Of a stretch of DNA of 64,000 bases, positions 34,791 to 48,031 are shown piece after piece (position 1 is the first letter of the stretch; each line of letters opens with the position of its first letter). Source of the DNA: Mobula hypostoma (taxonomy: Eukaryota). The translations under genes and the position numbers were made by a program. The notes beneath the pieces were generated by a model. It ran no database searches. It was not told the origin of the DNA and saw nothing but the letters and a program-made list of their open reading frames with translations. The DNA lies in NCBI RefSeq assembly GCF_963921235.1, contig NC_086097.1, forward strand, positions 216,320,001 to 216,384,000. The letters are read 5' to 3'.

Positions 34791-35062
34791 ATCTGGAAAG
34801 GTAAATTACATTGGTTCCACTTTGCAGTACCTGGATCCACCTATTCTGATAGAATCATAGCTTCACAGAGCACTACAGGCCAGAAACAGGCCCTTCAGCC
34901 CATCTAGTCTGTGCCAAATGGTTATTCTGCCTAGACCCATTGACCTGCACCTACAGAGTCAAACAGCGTACAGGCACAGAGCGTAAATAATTGCAACAGG
35001 CAATCAGCAAAAAGCAGGAGGTCAGAGTCCCACTCACTGACCTTCTGTTTTACTGCTGGACT

Positions 35063-35258
35063 CAGAATCGGAATCAGCTTTGATATCACTGGCATATGTC
35101 ATGAAATTTGTTGTCTTTGTGGCAGCAGGTCGATGCAATACATAATACTAGAAAAATACTGTGAATTACTACATATTGTATACTGTATATGTGAAAGTTA
35201 AATGAAACAAGTACTGCAGAGCAAAGATAGTGAGGTAGTGTTCATGGGTTTAATATTG
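35063..35258 (-). mobile_element. Rex1 3' UTR fragment
   Basis: CAGAATCGGAATCAG tail and GTGAGGTAGTGTTCATGGGTT, as at 17035-17250. Confidence 0.75.
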
Positions 35259-35559
35259 ATTGAAGCTGAGGGTGGAACACCACGTACGTACAATCGTCCC
35301 TCAGCATCACCCCAGTTACACTTACAGTTGGTTTAAGTAGCACAGCTTGGTTCATTTGAATGGAGTAACTGACCTTGGCTGAGAGGGTAAGTGACTTGCA
35401 TTTGTTTATTTTTCTGGCAATCAGAAACACTTCTAAATAGTCAAATAAAATTCTTCAGCGGCAGTAAACTATTAGAAGCAAACTAGATTTACAAAGAACT
35501 GGAGAAGAATTACCATCAGCTGTGTAGGCACTTATAAGAGAAAATCTGCAGATGCTAGA

Positions 35560-36225
35560 CATTCTCTCCTCTCCCGTCTTCCATCAGGCAGAAGATACAA
35601 CAAATGCCTGGACAGCTTCTACCCCACTATTACATAGTTCCCTAGTATGATAAAATGGACTCTTAACTCTCGATCTACCTCATTATGATTGTTCATCTTA
35701 TTGTATACCTGCACTGCACTCTCTATGTAGCTATAAGACTTTATTCTGCTTTACTTTATTCAGCCTCAATCTACAGTGTAAGAATCTGATCTGTATGGAC
35801 AGTATGCAAAGCAAGCTTTTCACTGCATCTCAGTCCACATGATAATAACAAACCAATTCCAATGTCTGATGAAGAAAGGGACAACACTTCCCTTTGTATA
35901 ATGTTACTTCCACACCTCGTTATTGCATAGAGGGAGGCCACTTCATGTTCAGAATGAATTTATTATCAAAGTATATCTATGTCACCATACACTACCCTTA
36001 AATTCATACCTGCACACAGCCAGTGTGCAAACACAAAAAGACTAAATAATAAATAAATAAATTAATTAATTAAAATAAAATTAATTAAATAAATAATTAG
36101 ATAGATAGAGAGATAAATAAATAAATAACTATCAGAACTGAGTTGTGGAATCCTTGAAAGTGAGTCCATAGGTTGTGGAATCAGTTCAGTACTGGGGTGA
36201 GTGAAACGATCCACTCTGGTTCAGG
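35560..36225. mobile_element. Rex1-type 3' fragments (plus 35560-35865; minus ~35945-36225 with an (AATA)n tract)
   Basis: CTTCCATCAGGCAGAAGATAC (LPSGRRY); 35945-36225 parallels 3975-4260. Confidence 0.65.
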
Positions 36226-36227
36226 AT

Positions 36228-36460
36228 CTCTTTGGCCCATCAAGTCTATCCCAGCTCACAAAGCAACCCTGTTCCCAACATTTCCATCAACTCAGGACAA
36301 TTTAGAGCAGGCAGTGAACTTGCCAACCTTTGGGATGTGGGAGGAAGCTGGAGCACCCAAAAGGAACCCATGGAATCACACAGAGAGAATGAGCAAACAC
36401 AACAAGGACAGCAGTCGAGTCCTGTGAACCTGGGTCACAGGAGCAGCTCTGCAACCCAGC
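36228..36460 (-). mobile_element. V-SINE fragment
   Basis: CTTTGGGATGTGGGAGGAAGCTGGAGCACCC..GGAACCCA, rc of the V-domain. Confidence 0.7.
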
Positions 36461-38059
36461 TTTATACGTCACTTGAGATTCAGAGATCACTGAGAACGTA
36501 ATTTATTATCTGGTGCAATGATACCCTCAATGTGCACATGCCCTTTCACATGATGAACCAGCTTAGTCAACCTCCAATCCATCAGCACAGCTTAGTGATC
36601 CTCCCTTGACTGAACAAGCCTTATGGCTGAGAATCTTACATTCAAGCTGAAACTTCACTGGCCACTCCCAGCTGTCCTTGTGGTTTCGCTTTCGATCTTA
36701 CCCTGAGCTCCATACTCCACCACCCTGGCCATTTCATTGCCATTTCAGACCAGACTACTCCACTCTCTTTGGTCTGGTACCTATATCAGCCCTTTGATAC
36801 AATCTTAAGAAGTTGCAAAATCGCATTCCAGGTGGCACAGCACAACCTCAATAGTTACATTGGAGTTACAATTACAACAGGGGTGTCATAGAATGGAGAT
36901 TTTCAGATGGGAAGATGCTAATGCTAAGAGACACTCAACATATGCTGTATCCCTTTGATTATAATGTCATTTTTTTCAGGTAACTGAATGACAGAAACAT
37001 GTAAGCAATTTGATCTTTAAGATAATTTGGGGTATGTATTTGTATAGTCGAAATACTCTTCTAATGGCTTTTTACTCAACAGCCATTGTCCTTGTGGCAT
37101 TCCCAAAAGTTTTGGTATTTGGATGTGAAGCTAGACTTTCGGGGTCATTTTATGTGACTGCCTTGGGAAGTATTATGCAGTTATGAGCTAGCTTACCTCA
37201 TTAAAATCATGCCTTTCACCCTATTTCTAATTCTTAGATTGTCCACTTACAGAGTCCTTTGTTTTCCCAAGACATGATGATGGTTATTGAAATTTGGTCC
37301 ACTCTTCCTGTAAATATGATTGCACTAGATAAAAGAGGATAAACTGATCATCCATAATGAATGACGAACCAGGCTGCCTTCTGCTTCCATGTGCCTGTGG
37401 TGCTCTGTTCCTTAATTCATCCACTTTTGTACTTATTGCTAAAAAATATGCAGCATTACTGCTTTAGTAATTTTATAATCCCCTTCTGGATTTATAAATG
37501 TTTGTTCTTAATTTAACCCAGCCACTTGAGACGGTAAAAAGTACAGCTTAAAAAAGCAACAAATTGTAGAACATTTGTCTTCTTGTTAAACACAGAATTC
37601 AGGATGTGTTCTAAAGGACCAATAAAAAAAAGTCCACTGGGGGCAACGATTCACTATGAAAATCTAAACCAGGAAGTAAATAGTTACAGTTCTTATTGGC
37701 ATAATATTTCCCAATTAATTATTGGTTTTGTTGTGTAAAATATGTAGATTGTTCTTCCTCTTATACTTACTTAAAATGATACCTTGTAACCAACTGAATT
37801 ATGTCCCTCCAAAAGCAAATTAGTGTGCATGGAGGCAGGGAAAATGACAGAAGTAGTTTGCAGTTCAAGGTGAGGTTATGATTATTCTAACTTTAACAAA
37901 TGTGTTAATTTTCTAAATTTAGATTTTAGTCCTACAAAATGACAGTACAGAAATATATCTCTTTTAGATTGCCTGCTAAGTAGAACAATACATTTTTCTA
38001 TAATAGGGCAGTTAGAATTGTTCTGTACTGAAAAGTTAGAAAACCATCTATAGTCCTTA

Positions 38060-38372
38060 ACATAAGTTCCCAGGGTGGAATTGTCAGATAGTAGAGGGCA
38101 TTGGTTTAAGGTGAGAGGAAGGAAGTTTCAAGGAGGCACTGTTTTCTACATAGAGGTATGTGCCTAAAAACAGCTGGCAAGGGAAGTGACAGAAGCAGAT
38201 AGGATAGCAATGTTTTAGAGGCATTTAGGCAGACACATGGACAAGAGGATAATAGAGGGATATGGACCATATGTAGGCAGATGGGATGGTTTAATTTGGC
38301 CTCATGGTGGGTACAAAATAGCAAAGTGAAGGGCCTGTTCATGTCCTGTACTTTTCAATGCTTCTATGTTGT
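38060..38372 (+). mobile_element. Old CR1 3' fragment
   Basis: AGAGGGCATTGGTTTAAGGTGAGAGG (RGH.FKVRG), TTTCTACATAGAG, GAAGGGCCTGTT 3' UTR. Confidence 0.75.
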
Positions 38373-38511
38373 GTGCAATACTCTAGAAAATTTCAATTCT
38401 AAATGTCGCAGATTTAGAGAAATGTTCAAATTTTGTTATTTTAATGAGGGCAGCTCTCACAACTGCCCTATTATTGGTGACTATTGTTCTTCAAAACCAC
38501 ATGTTAAAACA

Positions 38512-38782
38512 TGGCAGCATAACAATTAGTGTGACACTGTTACAGCTGGAAGATAAAATTCTGGCACCATCTGTAAGGAGTTTGTACATTCTCCCCATGA
38601 CTGTATGAGTTTCTTCTGGGTGCTTCAGTTCCCTCCCATAGTCCAAAGACATACCAGTTAGTAGGTTAATTGATCTTTGCAAATCGTCCTGTGATTAGGC
38701 TATGGTGGGTTTCTGGGCAGTACCACTCATTGGGCCAAAAGGACTTGTTCTGCACTGTATTTCTAAATAAAAATAAATAAAA
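38512..38782 (+). mobile_element. V-SINE (HE1-like) with (AAATA)n tail
   Basis: CTGTAAGGAGTTTGTACATTCTCCCCATGAC..GGGTGCTTCAGTTCCCTCCCATAGTCCAAAGAC. Confidence 0.82.
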
Positions 38783-38788
38783 CCATCT

Positions 38789-41700
38789 TGCCAGGCCAGC
38801 ACAGGCAGGCACCTCCCAATCTCCACCCAACTAACAGAACTCACTTGCCATTTGTTTTCACTCATCGCCTGCAGCCTATTTAAACCCAGCTCTCATCCGC
38901 AGTCCTTTGTTCACCCATCGAGCTAACTAGCGCCAACCAGTTACTCCTAGCCATCAGTTACCTTGTTCCTTGTCATGTTAAATATCTGTTCTCTCTTGTT
39001 TTGTGGCCCCTCTTGGCTTGTTATTTTTCTGTTTATTAGTAAAATATTGTTTACTGCTGATTCTTCTCTGCTGCTCTGCTTTTGGGTCAAGCCATTCTTA
39101 ATTTTTGAACAGGATGGGAGAACCAATGATTGACCTTGCAGAGTTTGCCTGCCTAAAGAAAGTCTTCTGACACAGGAGCACATAATCCCAAACATCTGCT
39201 AACCACTCTCTGTCTCAATACAGCAACCCTGCACCAGTCAAACTCTTCCCCCGGAGCCCCAAACACTTTGTCAGATCCTCTACCAGCTTCCTGTCCCAGT
39301 GCATCTTACAATTTCAGCTCCAGCCACCTCTGTGTTCTACGAACCAAGCCAAGATTGCCTTTGACATCTCTCTCCTGACTGGGCGAACTCTGACCTGGGC
39401 CACCACGAAATGGAACAATAAAACCACCATTTGCAGTAAATGTGAGGAATTTGCCGCTGAGATATGGGGATATTCTATCTGGGCAGTAGAAGGGGGGCGA
39501 TGGATAAAATACTTTGCCTGTGTCAAGCCTCATGCTCTGCGCTGATTGCAATGTGGAATTCAGGACCCTAGCAGCAGAGTGCAGCTGAAATGCAAAGTGC
39601 TGCTGGCCCATTACTATCACGGTCTCTCAAAGCGCTTGAAAGATGAGCTGTCCATCAGGGAGATGCTCACCAACCTTGAAAGCCTCATCACTCTTCCCCT
39701 TCAGAGTAACAAGTGTGGTATGGAATGACCCTCTAGATCATCAGCCACAACCCCAGTTCTGTTCCCAGAACTATTTCCGGCTGCAAGGTTCTCATGCAGG
39801 TAGGGAGAGCTCCCTTAACCACTTAATATGGGTACTGGGGCCATCCTCTTTCAGCGAGCACCGGATGGGAAGGCATACCCTTGTGCCTTCTTCTTGCACC
39901 ATTTCAACTCTATACAGTGTCATTATAGAGTAGGAAACAGGGAGCTTCTCACCAGTAAATGGTCCTTGGAGGAATGGCTGATAGGGAACATCAATCTAGA
40001 CTGACCACCAGAACCACATATCCATGCAATGGACCCACCAACACAATCTACGTCAGGCTCCGGGCCTTTGTCTTTGAGCAATTCAATTTCACCATCTCCT
40101 ACCGACACCGCTCCAAGAACATTAAGGTGGACACCCTTCCACGTCAGTTTGTCCCAGCTGAAACAGAGATCAATCTTCAGTGTATCATTCCATCCTCACA
40201 GATCCTTGTCCTGATCATCTGGGATCTTGAGAACCAGATCCGTTAGGCACTATAACACAAGCCTGCTCTGCCTGACCCACCTGACAATGGTATGTACGTG
40301 CTGGCAGCCGTGTGCTCTGAGGCACTCAAATGGGTCCATTCCCCACCCTCCTGCAGCCATCCAAGAGCCCGGCAGTCTCAGTTTAGGTGGCTCACCATGA
40401 CTGATGATGTACCGTACCTCAGTTTGTCACTGCCAGCCCTCAGGGTATCCAGTCTAATTCCTCCAATCAGTGGCCCTCTGGGTTCCTGCGGCCTCTACCA
40501 GCCCCCTGATGCCTGGGGTCCCATATCGCCATGGATTTCATCACAAGTTTTCCAGCTTTGGATGGGGCCATGGGTGACCATGACAATGGTGGACCAGTTC
40601 TCCAAGGCAGCCCACTTCATCGCCCTCCCTAAATTTCTCTCAGCTGCTGAGATGGCAGACCTGGTTCTCCAACGTGTAGTTTGCTACCGTGGTTTCCCTC
40701 AGAACGTTGTGTCAGACCGGGGCCCACAATTCATCTCCCATTTCTGGTGAACTTTCTGCTCCCTCCTTTGCACATCAGTGAGTTTGTCCTCTGGCTATCA
40801 TCCACAAGCCAATGGTCAAACAGCAAATTTAGAGATTTCTGTGATGCTTCTCTGCCTTTAACCTTTCCACAATGAAGAGGTGTCTGCTCTGGGCTGAACA
40901 GTCCCTCAGTGTGAACACCTCCTCTGCCATATGGCTTGTTACCCTTTGAAGTGCATCATGGCTGTCAACCCCCATTGTTCCCTGTGGAGGAGACAACAGT
41001 GGAGGTCCCATCCCACTAATTCACGGCTGCTGGAAAGCTTGGAAAAGCCAACAGGGTGCTTTCCTGGTTGCCAACTATGCCTACTGCCACCAGGCCAATC
41101 TCCGCCAATGCCCTGCCAAGGGACTGTGCCTGGCTGTTCCTTCGATACCTGTCCCTTCACACCAACTCCTGCCAGCTCTCACCTTGTTTCATTGGTCCCT
41201 TCATGATCACCCATCACATCAATCTCGTCTCTTATCCTCTCCAGCTGCTACCATCCCTCAGTGTCACACCTACCTGCCCCAAACCCATTGACCTCGGACC
41301 ATTCAACCCAACTGAACCTGCACTTCTGGAACCCAGGGTGGTGGAAGGTGTTCTGGTGTACGTGATTCACTGGTTAATGGATTCACATCATCATGGATGG
41401 GATGTGCAGTACCTGGTCAACTGGGAAGGGTATGGCCTGAAGGAGAGGTCTTGAGTGCCACCTAGTTTCAGCTTTGATCCATCACTCATCAAGGCATTCC
41501 ACCAGACCTATCCAGATTGTCCTGGGCCATCAGCTGAAGGCCATGAGAGAGGGGCGATGATACCTGTCAGGTCTGAATATGCAGGCACCTCCCAGTCTCT
41601 ACCCAGCTAACAGGAGTCTCCTGCCACTTGTTTCTACTCATCACCTGCAGCCTATTTAAACCCAGCTCTCATCCACAGTTCTTGTTCATCCATCAAACCA

Positions 41701-41889
41701 GCCAGCCTCAACCAGTTGCTCCTAGCCTTCAGTTACCTTGTTGCTTTGTTGTGTTAAGTATTTGTTCTCTCTTGGGTTTGTGGGCTGTTGTGGTCTGTTA
41801 TTTTGCAGTTTATTAGTAAAATATCGTTTAATGCTAAATTGTCTCCGTTGTTCTGGTTTTGGGTCAAATCTCCTCTACCTTTCCTGACG
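38789..41889 (+). mobile_element. Degenerate, internally deleted sushi-ichi-like chromoviral Gypsy element (gag, RNase H end, integrase, chromodomain; no recognisable PR or RT)
   Basis: LTRs 38789-~39111 and 41565-41889; perfect 5-bp TSD CATCT (38784-38788 / 41890-41894); purine tract GAGAGAGGGG at ~41545. gag FLSQCILQFQLQP..KIAFDISLLTGRTLTWA; FEQFNFTISYRHRSKNIKVDTLPR; VDQFSKAAHFIALPK..VSDRGPQFISHFW; YLVNWEGYGLKERS. Confidence 0.95.
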
Positions 41890-44800
41890 CATCTACTGGA
41901 GAAATTAACGTTCAATCTTAACATAACATTAATAGTATACTATATAGTACATGAAATAATTTTTCTGGTCTTTAATCTTTGTGGGAATCAGACAAAGATC
42001 TGATATAAACTGATAGATTGAAAGCTTCCTCTATTATCAGTGAACATAACTTGTGAATTAAAATCTGACCATGTAAATCCAAATCCCCATCACAAAAATA
42101 CCGTCATTAAATCCTTGTCTCACTCCCGGAATGTTCTCAGGATAGCGAGCATGGGAAGATTTGGTGGAGTGTGGAAATGGCAGGGAGTGGGTGTTACAGG
42201 AATGGACTGAGGAGTTGGAAGTACTTTTCTGCAGATTGGACATCTGTGCCATTGTTGAAGGTGGTTTACAGGTCCCCAAAAGGCAAATGTGTTTCATTTC
42301 ATAGCAAATAATGATTCACTTTGCTGAACATTTTAGCAATGAAGTAAAGTGGAAAAAATAATCAGTATTCAGGCAGAAACCATATCCACCAATTAAAATA
42401 AAGAATGATCTTATTGACATGTAACACAATAATTATAATTTTGGATTACAAAGCAAAATTGCTAGCACATACAGTGCCTTAGGGAAAAACCATCCAAAAC
42501 AACGAGGTCGCAGTACAGAAACCAGAACACAAAACTGAATGCTTTCATCTATTGTTTGGTTGACATCAATATTTGTGATCACCAAATCAAAGCATATTTG
42601 AAAGCAAATAGCTTGAGTTTATTTGTTTCTTTCTCACACTAAATGAATTAATTTGCAGGCTATTACTTGAATTGGCAGTTTATAGGCTTGTTTTACTGAC
42701 AGTAGTATTTGAAGTTTCCTGCGGTAACTTCATTACCCATATTTTGTTCAGAATTACTGATGCATGCCGAAAATTGCTAATGACAGATGTTTCTCCACTC
42801 TGTCACACTTCTCGTATCATTTGATTTGGAAAGCAACATACGGTGTTATGCTCTATCAGTATGTCACAGACTGTCTGTAAACAGCTGGTCATAACTCAGT
42901 TCAGTGAAAACCATTACTTTCCAATGAAGTGCTGGACAAGATCCAAATTTTGTTTTGGCATGGTGAGCACCGCATTATGCAGATAGTTTTGCTGCACCAG
43001 GGTTACCTGTGGAAGCAAAAGCCTTCTGCTTGTCTTTACTTCAGTGCAAGATTACACTGAAATACAAACACATCAAATTAGTTATATCCAATAAACCATC
43101 AAAAACCTGGTCACATTTTTCGTCTGCCAACTTTATGCTTCCTGGATAAATGACCTGGTAAGCTGAAGGGATAACAGGGAATGGTTATTTAAATGGTGTG
43201 TCCTTCTCAAAAACATTGTTGTATGTGGCATCACAGAAGATGGAAGGAGTAGCTTCCAATTCCCACTCAAATGCGAACAACTTCTGGACGTTGCAAATAA
43301 TCAGGTAGGCATTCATTCATAATTATGCCCTTTAAATTTTACCACTGATTTACTCCACACACTCCTGCCACTATTTCCTTTATCAATCAATAAATACTCC
43401 AAAAAAGTTTCAGCTTCTTGGCAGCGTTAGCAGTTAACACATTGTAATAACTTCCCTTTTAAATATATTTAATTCATTTCAAAATGACTATGAATATTCT
43501 TACCAAATTAAATCTTTATATACCCCATACTGGTTATCATTGGAGCTTTATGCACAGAAAGGAAAAGTAAACCTAAGCAACTTAAGTTTTGGTGCCCAAG
43601 TCACAAAATGCGAGTGGAATGAATCTTCAGAATACAGCCCAAGTTCAAAATTATCATTTCTCATTTGATAATGAGGAAGCAAATTTAATGAAATATCTAA
43701 CACTGCAAATTCACTCCAATTTTTCTGAATTGCTTTCTATTTAATGTTAACGTTTTCTCAGATGGAACCATACTGTTAAAAAAAATTAAGCATATGTGCA
43801 CTGTTCTAAAATTAAAACACAGATTAGGAGTTTAAATTGTAAAGAGAGGGGAAGTGTGGAATGACCTCACTCTATTACCATTGAATGGAATGAGTCCACT
43901 TAGGAGCTGACAATTAGAATGGCTTTTTATTTGCATACTCTGAGAATTTCATTTCATTTCCTATTATGTGGAGAAGTGCCAGATTCACTGCTTCATTTTT
44001 GGTCAGAGCGCATATTCAGATATCAAGAACAAATTGTCAAAATGACCAAATTAGCAAGGTGTATATTGGTGTAAGTATTGCTGGTGGTTACAGGACCACA
44101 CTTTGGTTTTGTTCATAAAATTATTTATGTTATGCGCACATGCCAAGAAATAATAATCACACTGATATGCAAAGATTGAAATTTGACAAAACCAGCCATG
44201 AAAATTGACCAGCTGGTGCCTTGTTAAATGCAGCAACAATGTGTATCACTGTTTCATAGGTAGATAAGAATCTCATTCTATACTTATGTCCCATTTCTCT
44301 GCAGCATATGGTACTTGAGAAAGCAACATATTTACTTAGATTAAAATATGGCTTTAGCGGTATAGACAATGGAATCCCCAGAATCCACTGAAATTTGTTT
44401 ACACAGCCTCAGTTTTACCATCTCTCTCTGAATTTATTTGAATGCTATGCAAATCCTCTCCTAAATAACTAAAATATAAAGACCCTCTCTTAAATAGTCT
44501 CTTTTGAACATGTTGCACTAACACATTATACATGCCAGCCTTGCTAGAAGAGGAGAAGGGCAATTGGCCTTTCAAGCTGCTCCATCATTCAATTCTGTGT
44601 CTCTGCTTTCTCCCTATATTCCGTCAAATTGAATGGGGTTGAGGGGGATAACAAATGGCCTGATTCTGGTCCTGTGTCTTATGGTCTTATGGGCTAAATG
44701 TTTTCATCTTAAAAACATCATCATGGGAATATTTAATGATTCTGTGAAGAGTAATCACTTGCCCTTCTATAGACCACTAATTCACCCAATCATACCTAAC

Positions 44801-45399
44801 TTCCATCTCTGACAGCCCCGCCACCACTAACTCACCTCACAAACATCAACCCACCCATTAAATCAAGCTCAGTATGCTACTGAACTCGAAGAGCTGATCG
44901 TTTAATTTGACCTAACCTCTGTTATCACCTGCATCACTCCATCCATCCTGGAGTTTCTCTCTTTGCAAACCCCGAGATTCATCCCAGCAGCTGATTTACT
45001 TGATTTCCCCTGCCACGCGGAATTTTCAACAGAAGGGCCTTGCGCATGCAAGCCCTGTCTGTATGCACATGGTGACTTGGGCTTCATGCATTGCTGAATT
45101 TTCCAGCAATAGACCCTGAAGTAACATGTTCATCAGCTCACAGGTACCTGGGCACTTGAAACAACTCTAGATCAGTGTGGCATCACACAAAGCTGGAGAG
45201 TCAAACATTGGCAGGGTCTAAAATGTTGCTGAATTTCCAGTACAAAGATGTTACGCTCTATTGCAATGTGTCCAACATTGCTTAAATCACTTGCTATCAG
45301 ATCTCCAGCAACTGTGGCCAGTTCAGCTGATCAATATCCAGTCTTGGAACAGAGGGAATATTACATTGACGGTACATTTGAGTGCCATATGGAGATGAC

Positions 45400-45920
45400 A
45401 GATCGCTATTGTTATAAATCCTATTGCTTAGATCCGCGTCTGCTCCAGTGAATAGATTGTGAGGTGGCCGACAAACACAGGTTGAGCAGGAGTTGTGTAC
45501 TTGTGGAGAGATCAGCTTCTTTGACTGTTGTTGCTTGGATTCTGTGTGCTCCTAACAAAGGCAGTCAAGGTTCTCAATGACAAGCAAAGTGTTCCTTCTC
45601 TATTTTGAGCAAAAATTGCCAGGAGATGGAGAAGATGCTATGTTATATCAAAGAGGCTTTGTTTAATCAATTCCTTTGTCCATCTGGTAATTTCCTGCCA
45701 GAGAACAGCTGAGGGTCAAAGTGTCCATGTGGGATTTTGGTATCGAGCATGCAAATGATGCAGCCTACCCAACAGAGCCTACTGAGTGTAATTAAGACCT
45801 CATGGCCATGGATGTTGGTGCGGATGAAGTCACTGGCACTGGTTGACTTATCCTACTTGTGGATTTGGAGGCTTTTGTACAGATACCACAGATATGATCG
45901 GTTCGGTGCTTTGAAATAGC
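45400..45920 (-). mobile_element. RTE-clade (BovB-like) LINE 3' fragment
   Basis: Minus strand resembles, through frameshifts, KILQIHW..ANI..IEALIT..LRWAGH..RMPDT..P..GGQRKR...KASLI; highly degenerate. Confidence 0.65.
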
Positions 45921-47054
45921 AGTTAAATGCAGGATGCAATTGGCATGTTAAAAAAACATAGTAAAGTTTAATTTCTCTACATTTATCCTTAGAACTTGAT
46001 GGTTACATTTACTTATGTCCTCCGTATATCCAGATATATGCCATTTTATTCCAGGGAATTTGAGCACAACTTGACCTAGTTTTGGCAGGGCCACAACAAA
46101 TCCATAAGTGAAGCAATTTGTTTGCATCCCCTACTGAAACTGCAAGCCTCTGTATATAATTCCAAGAAGTTTATGCATTAAATATTGAACAAACCATTGT
46201 CCATATTATTCTACATGTTTTAACATTTGCTTTGCTACAACCCTCAGAGGTTCAGTGGTGAAATAGATCATTGTGTGGTCATTAAGGTAGAGTAGGAAGG
46301 TCTCAAATAAAATGTGTAATCCTTATCCGTAGACATGACCATTTAGTGTACCTTTCCTACACCCACATTTTCCAAAATTCACTATTTTTTAAAATGATTA
46401 TAAAATCTCTAACTTCTTATTTGAGGTCCTTGTTATGAAATGTTGCCTTTGTTCCCTCTCTCCGCAGGTCCTACCAAATCCATCCAGTGCTTCCAGCAAT
46501 TCTGCTTGTATGCCTTTATCTGGACTGCGTAACTAGACTGCACATTAGAACAGTGGACTTTTTGCCTTAGACCTTATCAAGGCACTCCACTGATCTTATG
46601 CCAATATAATGGCTGTCAGTTAGGAGAATTTCTGAGGAGATTCCCAGATATTTTTTTACAGAGTTAAAGTTGGTCTGCTCAGAATAGAAAGAAGAAACAA
46701 TCAAGATTACTTCTCTTTCTCCAGAATATGTGCACGGAAGGAGAAATTATCAACCCAATTACAGTTTAATAATAGCAATATATGTTCATACTCTCTTGAA
46801 AATTGGTTGCAGGCAGAGACACCAGCATGTTAGCATTATTCATTGGTGTACCCAGGATTATCCAGGGGACGGAAGAATTAAAAAAGGACTCAATGGAAAG
46901 AAAATTCTGTGCATTCTGCCCACGGGAGTAAAAGCAACAGTTGAGCATAATAAAAAAAGGAACATTGAACATCTCTATAACAACCACACCTGGTTTATCT
47001 TCCATTTAATTTAATGGAAAGATAAGCAATTCTGACTGCACTTTAATTCTAAGA

Positions 47055-47830
47055 AACACTCACAAAATTATGGAGGAACTTAGCAGGGCAGGCAGCATCT
47101 ATGGAAAGGAGTAAACAGTTGATGGTTCTTGCCGACTGGAAAAAAAGATGAGAGGTCAGAGTAAGAAGGTGGAGGGAGGAGAGGAAGAAATACAAGGTAG
47201 TCGATGATAGGTGAAACCGGGAAAGGGGGAGGGAGTGAAGTAAAGAGCTGGGAAGTTGATTGGTGAAAGAGATAAAGGGCTGGAGGAGGGGGAATCTGAT
47301 AGGAGAGGACAGAAGACCATGGAAGAAAGGGAAGGGGGAGGAGCACCAGAGGGAGATGATGGGTAGGTAAGGAGATGAGGTGAGAGAGGATAATAGGGAG
47401 AAATGGGGAATGGTGATGGGGGGGGGGTTGGCAATTACTAGAAGTTAGAGAAATCGATGTTCATGTCATCAGGTTGGAGGCTACCCAGACAGAATATAAG
47501 GTGTTGTTCCTCCAACCTGAGTGTGTCTTCTTTGCTGCAGTAGAGGAGGCCATGACTGACATGACGGAATGGGAATGGGAAGTGGAATTGAAATGGGTGG
47601 CTACCAAGAAATCCTGCTTTTTCTAGTGAAACATAGGTGCTCAGCAAAGTGGTCTCCCAATCTACATCGGGTCTGACCGATGTGCAGGAGGCCACACCGG
47701 GGAGCACCGGATACAGTAGATGACCCCAACAGACTCACAGGTGAAGTGTCGCCTCACATGGTAGAACTGTTTGGGGCCCTGAACAGTAGTGAAGGAGGAG
47801 GTGTCGGGGCAGATGCGCAACATGTTCCCC
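47055..47830 (-). mobile_element. Penelope-like element GIY-YIG C-terminal fragment plus terminal repeat
   Basis: TTVQGPKQFYHVRRHFTCESVGVIYCIRCS..; LRLEEQHLIFCLGSLQPDDMNIDFSNF. Confidence 0.92.
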
Positions 47831-47839
47831 TTTAATTCT

Positions 47840-48031
47840 AAACAAGAGGAATTCTGCAGATGCTGGAAATTCAAGCAACACACATCAAAGTTGCTGGTTA
47901 ATGCAGCAGGCCAGGCAGCACCTCTAGGAAGAGGTGGAGTCGACGTTTCAGGCCGAGACCCTTCGTCAGACTGTACCTCTTCCTAGAGATGCTGCCCGGC
48001 CTGCTGCATTCACCAGCAACTTTGATGTGTG
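47840..48031. mobile_element. Penelope-derived foldback element with a hammerhead core between the arms (47938-47973, minus)
   Basis: ~57-bp near-perfect arms CACACATCAAAGTTGCTGG..AGGAAGAGGT / ACCTCTTCCT..CCAGCAACTTTGATGTGTG; minus strand CUGACGA-AGGGUCUCGGCCU-GAAA-C-GUC. Confidence 0.88.

Noticed and set aside
46724..47014. Strong plus-strand acceptor followed by a 94-aa ORF
   Set aside because: No convincing donor and no recognisable protein; compatible with chance.
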